From the NCBI GenBank assembly GCA_046704725.1, contig JBJKRI010000002.1:1-64000 (forward strand): 64,000 nt of DNA. The letters run 5' to 3'. This DNA comes from Candidatus Woesearchaeota archaeon (GTDB taxonomy: Archaea; Nanobdellota; Nanobdellia; Woesearchaeales; SKIA01). Shown in pieces: positions 29,016-36,701 of this stretch; the first letter of the stretch is position 1; every line of letters starts with the position of its first letter. Under the pieces are notes generated by a model. The model was not told the DNA's origin and ran no database searches. It worked only from the letters and a program-made list of their open reading frames with translations. The translations under genes and the position numbers were made by a program.

Positions 29016-30358
29016 TCCGTCCTCGTGAACGCCCCGTGTATGACCTTTTTCAGATAGTCCGTCCGGATGAAGAACCCTTTCTTCACGACCTCGATGCCTC
29101 CCGGGGCCTCGACAGTGTCATTGCCGTCGCTCGCTTTCGGGCGTGTCTGCAGTATCTCGCCCATCGCGCCGGTCAGCTTGTCGGCCTTCTTCGCCTTGAC
29201 GAGCCGCTTCGCCTGCAGCCAGTCGCGCCGCATGGTATCGAGCGTCTCTGTGTTCGGACGATGGTAGATGATGGAGTGGAGTATGGCCTTGCCTTGCGGC
29301 GCTCCGCGCTTCGGGAGCAGCAATATGACGAGCAGCATTCGTTGGACGTCCTCGAAGGCCTTCGAGTCCTCCCACTCGGTCGTGATTATGTCGTTGTAGT
29401 CGAACCCTCGCAGGCTCATCGCATAGATGGGACGCAGTCCAGGGTTGCAGCGGACGGTCTTCACATTGATGCCCGATTCCAGCAGCTCCTTCGCGTGCTC
29501 CTCCCCCTTGCGCAATCCGAGTGCCCTATACACGACGCTCGCCGCATAGCTCTTCGCGCCGCGCGAGCTGTTCCCGCCGAACTCCTCGCGCAGCTCGTCG
29601 ATGGTCTTCCCCCAATACTGCATGCTCTCGATGACGATGCGCGCCATCAGCTCCGAAGGGTCGTCGACGCGCAGCCTGGTCATGAGCGAGGCCTCCGTGC
29701 CGATCTCGGCGCGGGCACGCTTGAGTATGACGTCTAGCAGCGTCCGCCGGAGCGCGAACGCGCGCGACGGCGCTTCCACCGTTCGCTTCCCGTACCGCAC
29801 CCGTCGCATCTCGCCTTTGGATCCTTTCCGGCGCGCGACGAGGAGGAGAGTGTCCGATTCGCTGATGGTGTCGGGCTCGCCCGCGACGACCTTCCGCTTG
29901 ATCGACTCCCAGTCGTGCGCGAAGACTTTCCAGTCGTTCGCCGTCGGCGTCCAGAGCGTCGCGGTCTCGACGCGCGAGTCGAGGAAGTCGTCCGCTTCGC
30001 TGTAATAGATGATGAGCAGCCGCTCCATCTTCTTCCTGATCTTCGCGCCCGTCCATCTCTCCTTGCGGATGCTCTCGAAATCGATCATGCCGAGCGTCAG
30101 GGGATACTTCGGGCCGCCGTGGCGGTTGAGAGGCGCGGTCTTGAGCTCCACTCCCGCCTTCGGGAAGTCGGGGCGGCTCTCGTTGTCGCGCTCCTTGCCC
30201 ATGATACGCTCGATGATGTTCCCGACCCCGCTCTTCCCTTTCGGTCTCTTGAACGTGAGCCCTCGCTCGGCCGCTATCTGACCGATGCTCTTGCCTTCGA
30301 GCGATTTCGCGAAAGCGAGGATGCTCTTCGGTTTGGAGTCGTCGAAGGATTGTCGCAT
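29012..30358 (-). CDS. Sau3AI/MutH-like type II restriction endonuclease (two MutH-like domains)
   Basis: KSGVGNIIE, PDFPKAGVELKTAP, ISESDTLLL..RRKG, RAFALRR, LQTRPKASD, KKGFFI. Confidence 0.88.
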   Translation of the reverse strand: MRQSFDDSKPKSILAFAKSLEGKSIGQIAAERGLTFKRPKGKSGVGNIIERIMGKERDNESRPDFPKAGVELKTAPLNRHGGPKYPLTLGMIDFESIRKERWTGAKIRKKMERLLIIYYSEADDFLDSRVETATLWTPTANDWKVFAHDWESIKRKVVAGEPDTISESDTLLLVARRKGSKGEMRRVRYGKRTVEAPSRAFALRRTLLDVILKRARAEIGTEASLMTRLRVDDPSELMARIVIESMQYWGKTIDELREEFGGNSSRGAKSYAASVVYRALGLRKGEEHAKELLESGINVKTVRCNPGLRPIYAMSLRGFDYNDIITTEWEDSKAFEDVQRMLLVILLLPKRGAPQGKAILHSIIYHRPNTETLDTMRRDWLQAKRLVKAKKADKLTGAMGEILQTRPKASDGNDTVEAPGGIEVVKKGFFIRTDYLKKVIHGAFTRTD

Positions 30359-30688
30359 GCCAGAACCCGCTCCCCGCTCCCTATTAATTGTTGCTCTTCT
30401 CCCCATCCCCTCACTCCCACACGCCTCCGTCCATTTCCCGTCCCTCGTCGACCGTGTCAGGGATTGCGCGCTCTCTTTCGATCGCGCCTTCATTTCGCTC
30501 CCCTGTACGCATTGACGTCGGTGAGCTGCTCGGCGCGGAGCTCGTTCTCGACGTGAACTCGCCCAATGCCTTGTCTTTCTCGGGTGCTGTCGTCTCCCCG
30601 GGCGGTACCGGTTTGCTCGTCCCGCATCACACCGTCGTCACGCCGGGCATCTGGCCCCGTCAGACCCTGGAGGAGCACGAGCGCGCTT

Positions 30689-30711
30689 TCCTGACGCGCA
30701 TCGCCGCCTAG
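30689..30711 (+). repeat. 23-bp direct repeat, copy D1 (TCCTGACGCGCATCGCCGCCTAG)
   Basis: Identical to 31429-31451 and 21/23 to 31976-31998; forms the 3' end of ORF 30388-30711. Confidence 0.85.
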
Positions 30712-31004
30712 CCGTCTGCGACGATCCCGCTCTCCACGAGCGCTGTGTCGAGCGCGAGGAATCGTTCGACGAGCGGGTGTTTCTCGTCCAATCGGTACAG
30801 CCGCGCTTTCCCGCGCTTTCCCGCTCCGCGCAATACCTTCGCTCGTACCAGCCCGTCCCAGACGGGCTTGGCGGTCTGGAAGGCCATTCCTTCCTCGCGC
30901 ACGAGGTCCGCGAGCGCGTGGCTGAATTCGCGATTGTCCAAGAAATAGTCGATGATGCGTACAGTCGGCGAGGCCCCGAGCACCTGCCGGAAGACCGTTT
31001 CCAT
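30708..31004 (-). CDS. wHTH protein (putative antitoxin/regulator)
   Basis: LGASPTVRIIDYFLDN...GKRGKARLYRLDEKHPLV archaeal wHTH pattern. Confidence 0.75.
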   Translation of the reverse strand: METVFRQVLGASPTVRIIDYFLDNREFSHALADLVREEGMAFQTAKPVWDGLVRAKVLRGAGKRGKARLYRLDEKHPLVERFLALDTALVESGIVADG

Positions 31005-31130
31005 ACCGCATGAAAAGATTAAACGGATTTAAGTTTATCGCTCGCGTGGCCGGTTTTTCCTTCACACGTGCCTGACTCCTTCCGGAACGCGGACGGTCCT
31101 CGCTTTGAAGGGCGCATCCGTTGGCAGGGC

Positions 31131-31373
31131 ATGCCCTCCCTCGAGCGTCATATCCTCCGCAAGCTCTACCGTCGCCGCTGTATCGGCGCAAAGCACACCG
31201 CAGCGGAGAACGCCCTTTCCGGTGTGCCTGCGCATCTTCGCAAGCGCGCGAAGCACGCCCTCGCAGGGCTCATCTCGGACGGCTTGGTGCGCGCGAAACC
31301 GACGGCCTACGGTCTGCAGGTCAGTCTCGAGCCCGCTCGTTTGCCCGAGATCAGGCGTATCCTTGGCGTCTGA
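31131..31373 (+). CDS. Small basic protein (IGxKHT...KPT.YG..VSL pattern), putative TA-like component
   Basis: HILRKLYRRRCIGAKHT, KPTAYGLQVSLEP; divergent from the wHTH gene. Confidence 0.65.
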   Translation: MPSLERHILRKLYRRRCIGAKHTAAENALSGVPAHLRKRAKHALAGLISDGLVRAKPTAYGLQVSLEPARLPEIRRILGV

Positions 31374-31428
31374 GCGCCCCCTCACTCCTGATATTTATCC
31401 TCGGGACGGTCTCGTCACGGACAAGATC

Positions 31429-31451
31429 TCCTGACGCGCATCGCCGCCTAG
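31429..31451 (+). repeat. 23-bp direct repeat, copy D2
   Basis: Perfect match to 30689-30711. Confidence 0.85.
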
Positions 31452-31512
31452 TGCCCTTCACTGGACACCTATGCCCGCAAGCTATACCTTTATCTTCTCC
31501 GTCGTCCTCTAC

Positions 31513-31725
31513 ATGGTCATGACGCGTTTGACGGCGGTGATCGAGGAGGAGGACGGCGTGTTCATCGCGAGCTGTCCGGAGATCGGCACCGTCAGTCAGG
31601 GGGCGACGCGGAAGCGCGCCTTGCGGAATCTCAAGGAGGCGACGGAGCTGTACCTCGCCGAGTTCCCGCACGCTCGCAGCGCGCAGGTGACTGCTTTCGA
31701 GGTCGCCGATGCCGCCAAGGCGTAA
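31513..31725 (+). CDS. hicB: HicB-family antitoxin
   Basis: TAVIEEEDGVFIASCPEIGTVSQGAT...ALRNLKEATELYL. Confidence 0.92.
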   Translation: MVMTRLTAVIEEEDGVFIASCPEIGTVSQGATRKRALRNLKEATELYLAEFPHARSAQVTAFEVADAAKA

Positions 31726-31939
31726 GCTCTCCGGAGCGGAGTGCGTGAAGGTCCTCTGCAATTGTTTCGGTTTCCGCGTGGCGCGCCAGAGCGGCAGCCA
31801 CATCATCTTGCGCAAGGAGACTGCGGATGGCTCTGTGGGAACTGTGGTGCCGGCGCATCGTGCCTTGCGTATCGGCACGATCAAGAGGATCCTCCGTCTC
31901 GCGCACGTGGATGAGGACGCGTTCTGGGCGGAGGTCTGA
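31709..31939 (+). CDS. hicA: HicA-family toxin
   Basis: LSGAECVKVL...GFRVARQSGSHIILRK...VVPAHRALRIGTIKRIL. Confidence 0.92.
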   Translation: MPPRRKLSGAECVKVLCNCFGFRVARQSGSHIILRKETADGSVGTVVPAHRALRIGTIKRILRLAHVDEDAFWAEV

Positions 31940-31975
31940 TGCTGCTACGCCTGCTGCCCCCCTCCCAACCATGAC

Positions 31976-31998
31976 TCCTGGCGCGCATCGCCGTCTAG
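31976..31998 (+). repeat. 23-bp direct repeat, copy D3
   Basis: tcctggcgcgcatcgccgtctag, 21/23 match to D1. Confidence 0.8.
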
Positions 31999-32012
31999 CC
32001 CTGCCCCATCGT

Positions 32013-32336
32013 TCACGGCAGCAACAGCCGTAGCTTCTCCGCCACGTTTTGCACCACTCGCTCCGGAGCCTTTCCCGCTTTCCGCGCCTTTCGCGCGATC
32101 CAATCCACTGTCCGCACTTGGTCGGCGAGGACCACGCCTTTCACTTTTCCGCGCAGCGCGACCTCGAAGGGATAGCCTTTCGCGCGTGTCGTGATCGGGC
32201 ACGCGATGAGCAGTCCTGTGCGTCGGTTGTACTCGACGGGTGAGAGCACCAACGCCGGCTTGCCGCGTTGTTCGTGCCCTGCTGTGGGTGAGAGGTCGAG
32301 CCAGACGATGTCGCCCCTACCAGGCTTCGCGTCCAA
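32013..32336 (-). CDS. mazF: MazF/ChpB-family toxin
   Basis: RGDIVWLDLSPTAGHEQ..KPALVLSP..YN...CPITT..KGYPFEV, LADQVRTVDW. Confidence 0.92.
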   Translation of the reverse strand: MDAKPGRGDIVWLDLSPTAGHEQRGKPALVLSPVEYNRRTGLLIACPITTRAKGYPFEVALRGKVKGVVLADQVRTVDWIARKARKAGKAPERVVQNVAEKLRLLLP

Positions 32337-32547
32337 CGGGCCCTCCCCAGTCGGTCTCTTCTTGCCGCTCCACTCCCTCGAGGAGCGCGGCCAGCCGTTC
32401 CTCCTTGCTGGGTCGTTTGAGCGTGATGCCGTTTCCTGCCTTGTCCAGCTCGAGCTCCGCGTCGAGTTGCCAGTCGAGGTCGTCGACGACGCTTTTCGGC
32501 AGGCGGATGGCGTAGCTGTTGCCCCATTTGCGGATGCTGATCCTCAT
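32317..32547 (-). CDS. mazE: MazE/AbrB antitoxin
   Basis: IRKWGNSYAIRLPK...ETDWGGPVGREAW. Confidence 0.92.
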   Translation of the reverse strand: MRISIRKWGNSYAIRLPKSVVDDLDWQLDAELELDKAGNGITLKRPSKEERLAALLEGVERQEETDWGGPVGREAW

Positions 32548-32556
32548 GTAGATACA

Positions 32557-32601
32557 AAGTATATCCTTCTTTATCTGTCTTCCGGCAGGACGACCGGAAA
32601 A
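32557..32601 (-). promoter_or_regulatory. Shared ~44-bp antitoxin upstream module, copy P1
   Basis: aagtatatccttctttatctgtcttccggcaggacgaccggaaaa; matches 33753-33796 and 34374-34417. Confidence 0.75.
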
Positions 32602-32640
32602 GTGATCCCGGCGGACCCCTCCATCTGTTCTCGCTGGACG

Positions 32641-32772
32641 CCTACGCCCGCAGGCTCTGCCTTTATCTTCTCCGTCGTCCTCTGCATGGTCGTGCGTTTG
32701 ACGGCGGTGATCGAGGAGGACGGCGTGTTCGTCGCGAGCTGTCCGGAGATCGGACGCATCCTGGGCATCTGA
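32641..32772 (+). pseudogene. hicB: Truncated chimeric hicB copy with its promoter (MVVRLTAVIEEDGVFVASCPEIGRILGI*)
   Basis: 32641-32753 copies 31469-31587; the last codons copy the 3' end of gene 31131-31373. Confidence 0.8.
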
Positions 32773-32826
32773 GCTCTCGTGCCCGATCCGATTGCGAGAC
32801 GATCCCTCATGCCGCTGCTTCGCGCT

Positions 32827-33090
32827 TCAGAACACTGCGTCCTCGTGCGAAACGAAGAACGTGACCTTCTCGTTCCTCTCCAGCTGTTTCACCGCGTACT
32901 CCATCCGCGCCGCCGCGGATTTGTCGTCGCAGAGTATCGCGTGCAGCAATCGTCCGTACCTGTGCCCGCGCACGTACTTCGAGCCGCGTCCGCTCTTGTG
33001 CGCGTCCATCCGTCTCGGAAGGTCGTTGGTGATGCCCGTATACAACGTTTCATCAGAACATTCGAGCAGGTAGACGTACCAGAAGTCCAT
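32827..33090 (-). CDS. GIY-YIG nuclease (UPF0213-like)
   Basis: WYVYLLECSDETLYTGITNDLPRRMDAHKSGRGSKYVRG. Confidence 0.92.
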   Translation of the reverse strand: MDFWYVYLLECSDETLYTGITNDLPRRMDAHKSGRGSKYVRGHRYGRLLHAILCDDKSAAARMEYAVKQLERNEKVTFFVSHEDAVF

Positions 33091-33132
33091 CAGAAAACGT
33101 TCCGGCCGTCTTCTGACTTAAGCGTTTCGCGG

Positions 33133-33525
33133 TCAATCGATGACAGTCACGCCGGCCTTCCCGAACTCCGCGTCGAAGGTCGCGATCCGGTCAGCGCCGT
33201 GCGCTCTCATCTGCGCGAGCAGCACGGCGTCCGTGAAGGAGAATCTGTTCTTTCCCGTGAATATCCTCCACGCCTCCTCGAGCTCTTTCGCGTTCGTGAA
33301 GGCTATCGCCACGCTTGTCCGCCGCACCTCAGTCCCGGCGAGCACGGCCACGCGCTTGTTCACGCGCCGCGTCAGGACGTTGAGCAGCTCGTCGAAGACG
33401 TACTCGCTCATGATGATGTCGTCGTCCACGATGCGCGCGAGCACCGCGACCGCGCGCTCGTGCAGCGCATCGCGCGGGTTGAGGTAGGCGACGTACACGT
33501 TCGTGTCGATGAAGGTCCTAGCCAT
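33133..33525 (-). CDS. vapC: PIN-domain VapC toxin
   Basis: FIDTNVYVA, VFDELL, FSFTDA, IATFDAEF. Confidence 0.92.
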   Translation of the reverse strand: MARTFIDTNVYVAYLNPRDALHERAVAVLARIVDDDIIMSEYVFDELLNVLTRRVNKRVAVLAGTEVRRTSVAIAFTNAKELEEAWRIFTGKNRFSFTDAVLLAQMRAHGADRIATFDAEFGKAGVTVID

Positions 33526-33742
33526 ACAGGGTCTCGTCGATCTCTTGGCTCAGGCGTTCTGTGCCCTTTCCGAAGTCGAAGGTCCGCATCCGCGTGATCG
33601 GGATGGTCTTTCCTTCCTGCTGGTCGAGCCACCCGCGCATCGCCTCGTTCATGGCTTGCCCCACGTTCTTGTCCCGCCGCGCGGCGGCGATCTTGAACTC
33701 CTTGAAGAGCGCGTCGTCCACATTCCGCACACTGATTGTCAT
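33518..33742 (-). CDS. RHH-type VapB antitoxin
   Basis: ISVRNVDDALFKEFK...VGQAMNEAMRGW, LSQEIDETLYG; overlaps vapC. Confidence 0.85.
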   Translation of the reverse strand: MTISVRNVDDALFKEFKIAAARRDKNVGQAMNEAMRGWLDQQEGKTIPITRMRTFDFGKGTERLSQEIDETLYG

Positions 33743-33752
33743 ACAAGTAAAC

Positions 33753-33796
33753 AAGTATACTTTCTTTATCAGTCTTGCGGCGCCAAGACCGGAAAA
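33753..33796 (-). promoter_or_regulatory. Shared antitoxin upstream module, copy P2
   Basis: aagtatactttctttatcagtcttgcggcgccaagaccggaaaa. Confidence 0.75.
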
Positions 33797-33821
33797 CCGG
33801 GCGTTGCGCATAGCTAGAGAC

Positions 33822-34160
33822 TCAGGGTATCGTCACAAGGCCGAGGCTCACGCGCAGCGCCTCGTCCAGTTCCAGCATCGTCTTGACTTCCCCGACCCGT
33901 TTCACCAGCCGCCTCTTGTCCACCGCGCGGATCTGGTTGCACAGCGCTTTGGAAGGCTGCGAGAGCCCGCTCTGTTTCCCGAGCGCGACATCCGTCGGGT
34001 GCAGCCGATCCACGTGCTTGGACGTCACCGGCGCGACGATCGTGGTGGGACTGTAGGCGTTACCGATATCGTTCTGGATCACCACCGCGGGCCGGGCGTT
34101 GCGGATCTCGCTGCCGACGGTCGTGCCGAGATCCACGAGCCAGATCTCGCCGCGTCTCAC
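33822..34160 (-). CDS. mazF: PemK/MazF (EndoA-like) toxin
   Basis: RRGEIWLVDL...GSEI...RPAVVIQNDIGN.YSPTTIVAPVTS, NQIRAVDKRRL. Confidence 0.93.
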   Translation of the reverse strand: MRRGEIWLVDLGTTVGSEIRNARPAVVIQNDIGNAYSPTTIVAPVTSKHVDRLHPTDVALGKQSGLSQPSKALCNQIRAVDKRRLVKRVGEVKTMLELDEALRVSLGLVTIP

Positions 34161-34363
34161 AGCTCGAACGCGTCCCACTCGGCGAATTCCTCCATCTGTT
34201 CTGCTGCGACCGCTTCGTACTCTTCTATGAGCCGTTCGCGCAGCCGTGCGCGGCGCTGCCCCTGCGCCAGGCGCCGGATGACCGTGTCGTAGCTCTCCCG
34301 CTCGTCCTTGAGCGTGTCCAGCGCCGCTTTGGTATCCTCGTGGAGCTTGATCGTCGTGACCAT
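34157..34363 (-). CDS. RHH-like antitoxin
   Basis: MVTTIKLHEDTKAALDTLKDERESYDTVIRRL; GTGA overlap with the toxin. Confidence 0.82.
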   Translation of the reverse strand: MVTTIKLHEDTKAALDTLKDERESYDTVIRRLAQGQRRARLRERLIEEYEAVAAEQMEEFAEWDAFEL

Positions 34364-34373
34364 GGTATACCTA

Positions 34374-34417
34374 AAGTATACCTTCTTTATCTGTCTTGCG
34401 CCTTCCGTCCCGGAAAA
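34374..34417 (-). promoter_or_regulatory. Shared antitoxin upstream module, copy P3
   Basis: aagtataccttctttatctgtcttgcgccttccgtcccggaaaa; adjacent inverted repeat GGTATAC-N5-GTATACC. Confidence 0.75.
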
Positions 34418-34495
34418 CCCAGTGATGGCGCTGCCGTCCCTGCGGGCCAGCGTGCCTGCACAATCTTTTTCAACCGCCCTACCGCGAATCGTACC

Positions 34496-35230
34496 ATGAA
34501 AGCGCGCGACTATCTCGAGAAGCTCGGCGAGCTCGCGCCGCGCGTCGAGCAGCTCGCCCGCATCGAACGCAACAGGAAGCGACGCCTCAACGAGCTCCTT
34601 CCGAGCCTCGAGGCGCCGACGGCGGACGACCTCAAGCGTCTTTCCGTCATGACCGCGAACGAGCGCCGGCTCGTGCACATGGTCCAGCTCGCCGTCGACC
34701 AGTGCGCCACCTACGCCTCCAAGGCGTCGGCGCGCGAGGTCCGCAGCACGGCCGTCCACGCCGAGCGATTGTTCGCGGATTTCACCAAGCACCTGAAAGA
34801 ACGCGGCAAGCGCCTCGATGTGCAGGAACGGTTCGTGGAAGAACCGCGCGCGCAGGACTTCCATGCCGCGCACGTCATCGCGCAGATGCTGCAGCGCGAG
34901 GACGAGGAGACACAGAGGCTCTTCACGCGTGCGCGTTCCGTCTTCGAGGAATCCTCCCAGGCGCTCGAGCGCCTGCTCGCCCGCATCGCCGAGCGAAAGG
35001 ACGGTCCTGTCCGCGCCATGGCGCTCGGCGTCCTCAATCAGGTCAGGGCCCATCCCTTCGGCACGATCGCGTCTGCTGTCGCTGTCACATCCCTTTCCTC
35101 GCTCATGGTCGCGCTCAGCCGCGACCCGCAGCTCGCGGCCGCCTTCAACGGACCCCTCTCCAGCGTCGTCGTGGTCTTGTCATGCGTCACGACGATCGTC
35201 CCGTTCGCGAGGGTCACAGGGGAGAAGTAG
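34496..35230 (+). CDS. Hypothetical helical protein with two C-terminal TM segments
   Basis: Host-like codon usage, hydrophobic C-terminus. Confidence 0.6.
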   Translation: MKARDYLEKLGELAPRVEQLARIERNRKRRLNELLPSLEAPTADDLKRLSVMTANERRLVHMVQLAVDQCATYASKASAREVRSTAVHAERLFADFTKHLKERGKRLDVQERFVEEPRAQDFHAAHVIAQMLQREDEETQRLFTRARSVFEESSQALERLLARIAERKDGPVRAMALGVLNQVRAHPFGTIASAVAVTSLSSLMVALSRDPQLAAAFNGPLSSVVVVLSCVTTIVPFARVTGEK

Positions 35231-35287
35231 AGCGCCTGACGGTTCCCTCCCCGCAACCCTTAAAGACCCGCTCCCCCTCGTCCGTCC

Positions 35288-35995
35288 ATGCTCACGCTGT
35301 TCAACTCGCTCACCCGCAAGAAGGAGCCCTTCACCCCGCTCACCAAGGGCGAAGCGAGGTTCTACGCCTGCGGGCCCACCGTCTACAACTACGCGCATCT
35401 CGGCAATCTCCGCGCCTTCTTGTTCGCCGACATCCTCCGCCGCGCATTGCAGTACGACGGCCTCAAGGTCAAGGAGGTCATGAACCTCACCGACGTCGGG
35501 CACCTCACCGACGACGCTGACCAGGGCGAGGACAAGCTCGAGAAAGAAGCCAAGAAGGAGCACAAGTCCGCCTGGGATGTCGCGACGTTCTACACCGAGG
35601 CGTTCCTCCATGATATCGACGCGCTCGATATCGAGCGCCCCGACGTCCTGCCCAAGGCGACCGACCATATCGCAGAGCAATGGAGCATGGTCGAGACCAT
35701 CATGCGAAACGGCTATGCCTACGTCACCGCGGATGGCATCTACTTCGACACGTCCAAGCTCGATGACTACGGCAAGCTCATCCCCAACTTCGACCCATCC
35801 TCCCTAGAAGCGGGCAAGCGCGTCGACCTCGGCGGCAAGCGTCACCCGACCGACTTCGCCCTCTGGAAGTTCTCCCCTAAGGATGAGAAGCGCCAGATGG
35901 AGTGGACCACGAGCATGGAGGTCGTGGTCGACGAGGCCATGGAAGAAGAGCTGCGCTCTATCGCGGGGAAGAACCCGCATGTGCGGATCGATTGA
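35288..35995 (+). CDS. cysS: Cysteine-tRNA ligase, N-terminal half of a split gene, plus 29-aa novel C-terminal extension
   Basis: [18 protein letters not shown] (HIGH), [21 protein letters not shown]...KRQMEW, then non-canonical TTSMEVVV...PHVRID*. Confidence 0.92.
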   Translation: MLTLFNSLTRKKEPFTPLTKGEARFYACGPTVYNYAHLGNLRAFLFADILRRALQYDGLKVKEVMNLTDVGHLTDDADQGEDKLEKEAKKEHKSAWDVATFYTEAFLHDIDALDIERPDVLPKATDHIAEQWSMVETIMRNGYAYVTADGIYFDTSKLDDYGKLIPNFDPSSLEAGKRVDLGGKRHPTDFALWKFSPKDEKRQMEWTTSMEVVVDEAMEEELRSIAGKNPHVRID

Positions 35996-36050
35996 AACGG
36001 GAAATCCTCCATAGCAACCGGAATTCCTCACAAGACATCCACGGCCGCAA
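35996..36050 (+). repeat. 52-bp TA-associated repeat, copy R3, immediately after the cysS-N stop
   Basis: gggaaatcctccatagcaaccggaattcctcacaagacatccacggccgcaa matches the reverse complement of R2. Confidence 0.88.
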
Positions 36051-36096
36051 CGTATTTTGCCAATCGCAGGCTTGAAATACTTGGAGGCACTCTTCC

Positions 36097-36285
36097 ATGA
36101 TTATGGACGCTGCGGAGATGGAAAAGCGGATACGGCGCTTGGAACGCGAGGTCGCAGACTTGCGCGCTTCGTCTGGAGAGCCGCTCACGCAAGACGAGCG
36201 TGAAGCCGTCGAGAGCTATCGCCGCGCGAAGAGCGAGGGAGAACTCATCCTCCACGAGCGAGTCTTGGAAGAATTCGGTCTGTGA
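36097..36285 (+). CDS. Antitoxin partner of RelE
   Basis: LTQDEREAVESYRRAKSEGELILHERVLEEFGL; homologous to 37611-37799; GTGA overlap. Confidence 0.8.
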   Translation: MIMDAAEMEKRIRRLEREVADLRASSGEPLTQDEREAVESYRRAKSEGELILHERVLEEFGL

Positions 36286-36542
36286 CCCGCACGCTGCTCT
36301 GGCAGCCCCGTGCGTTGCGGTATCTCCGGCGCATATCGAGAGTGAACGTGCGGTCGTTGCTGAGACGGGCGGAATCGCTGTGCGACAATCCATTCCCGAA
36401 GGATGTGGAGCTCGTGCGGGGAGAGAAGGGGCTGTACCGTACGCGTGTCGGCGGATATCGAATTCTCTACACGTTCAATGAGCTTTCTGTCGATGTCGTG
36501 AATGTTGATAAACGCGGGCGCGTCTACAAGAGGAGAAGATGA
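36282..36542 (+). CDS. relE: RelE/ParE-family toxin
   Basis: NPFPKDVELVRGEKGLYRTRVGGYRILY...VDKRGRVYK. Confidence 0.9.
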   Translation: MTRTLLWQPRALRYLRRISRVNVRSLLRRAESLCDNPFPKDVELVRGEKGLYRTRVGGYRILYTFNELSVDVVNVDKRGRVYKRRR

Positions 36543-36582
36543 CGATATACCCAGCAAAGAGGGCTCTTGGTACGGAACGATC

Positions 36583-36627
36583 CGGAACCTCAAGGGAGCC
36601 ACAGAACTCTGCCTGGAGGATCTTCCA
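36583..36627 (+). pseudogene. Degenerate hicB fragment
   Basis: RNLKGATELCLEDLP versus RNLKEATELYLAEFP in hicB 31513-31725. Confidence 0.5.
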
Positions 36628-36673
36628 GCGCCCCACCGTGAATACCTGCAGTGTGGATATCCGACCGCACGGC

Positions 36674-36680
36674 TTTTATA
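36674..36680 (+). promoter_or_regulatory. TATA box (TTTTATA) for the cysS C-terminal half
   Basis: 22-28 nt upstream of ATG 36702, the spacing seen for other leaderless genes here. Confidence 0.6.
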
Positions 36681-36701
36681 CCTTCGTCGCTCCGCACACG
36701 C

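Noticed and set aside
30388-30711. 107-aa ORF ending in repeat D1
   Set aside because: There is no convincing start or family match. The 3' half may be a gene remnant, so only its terminal repeat is reported.
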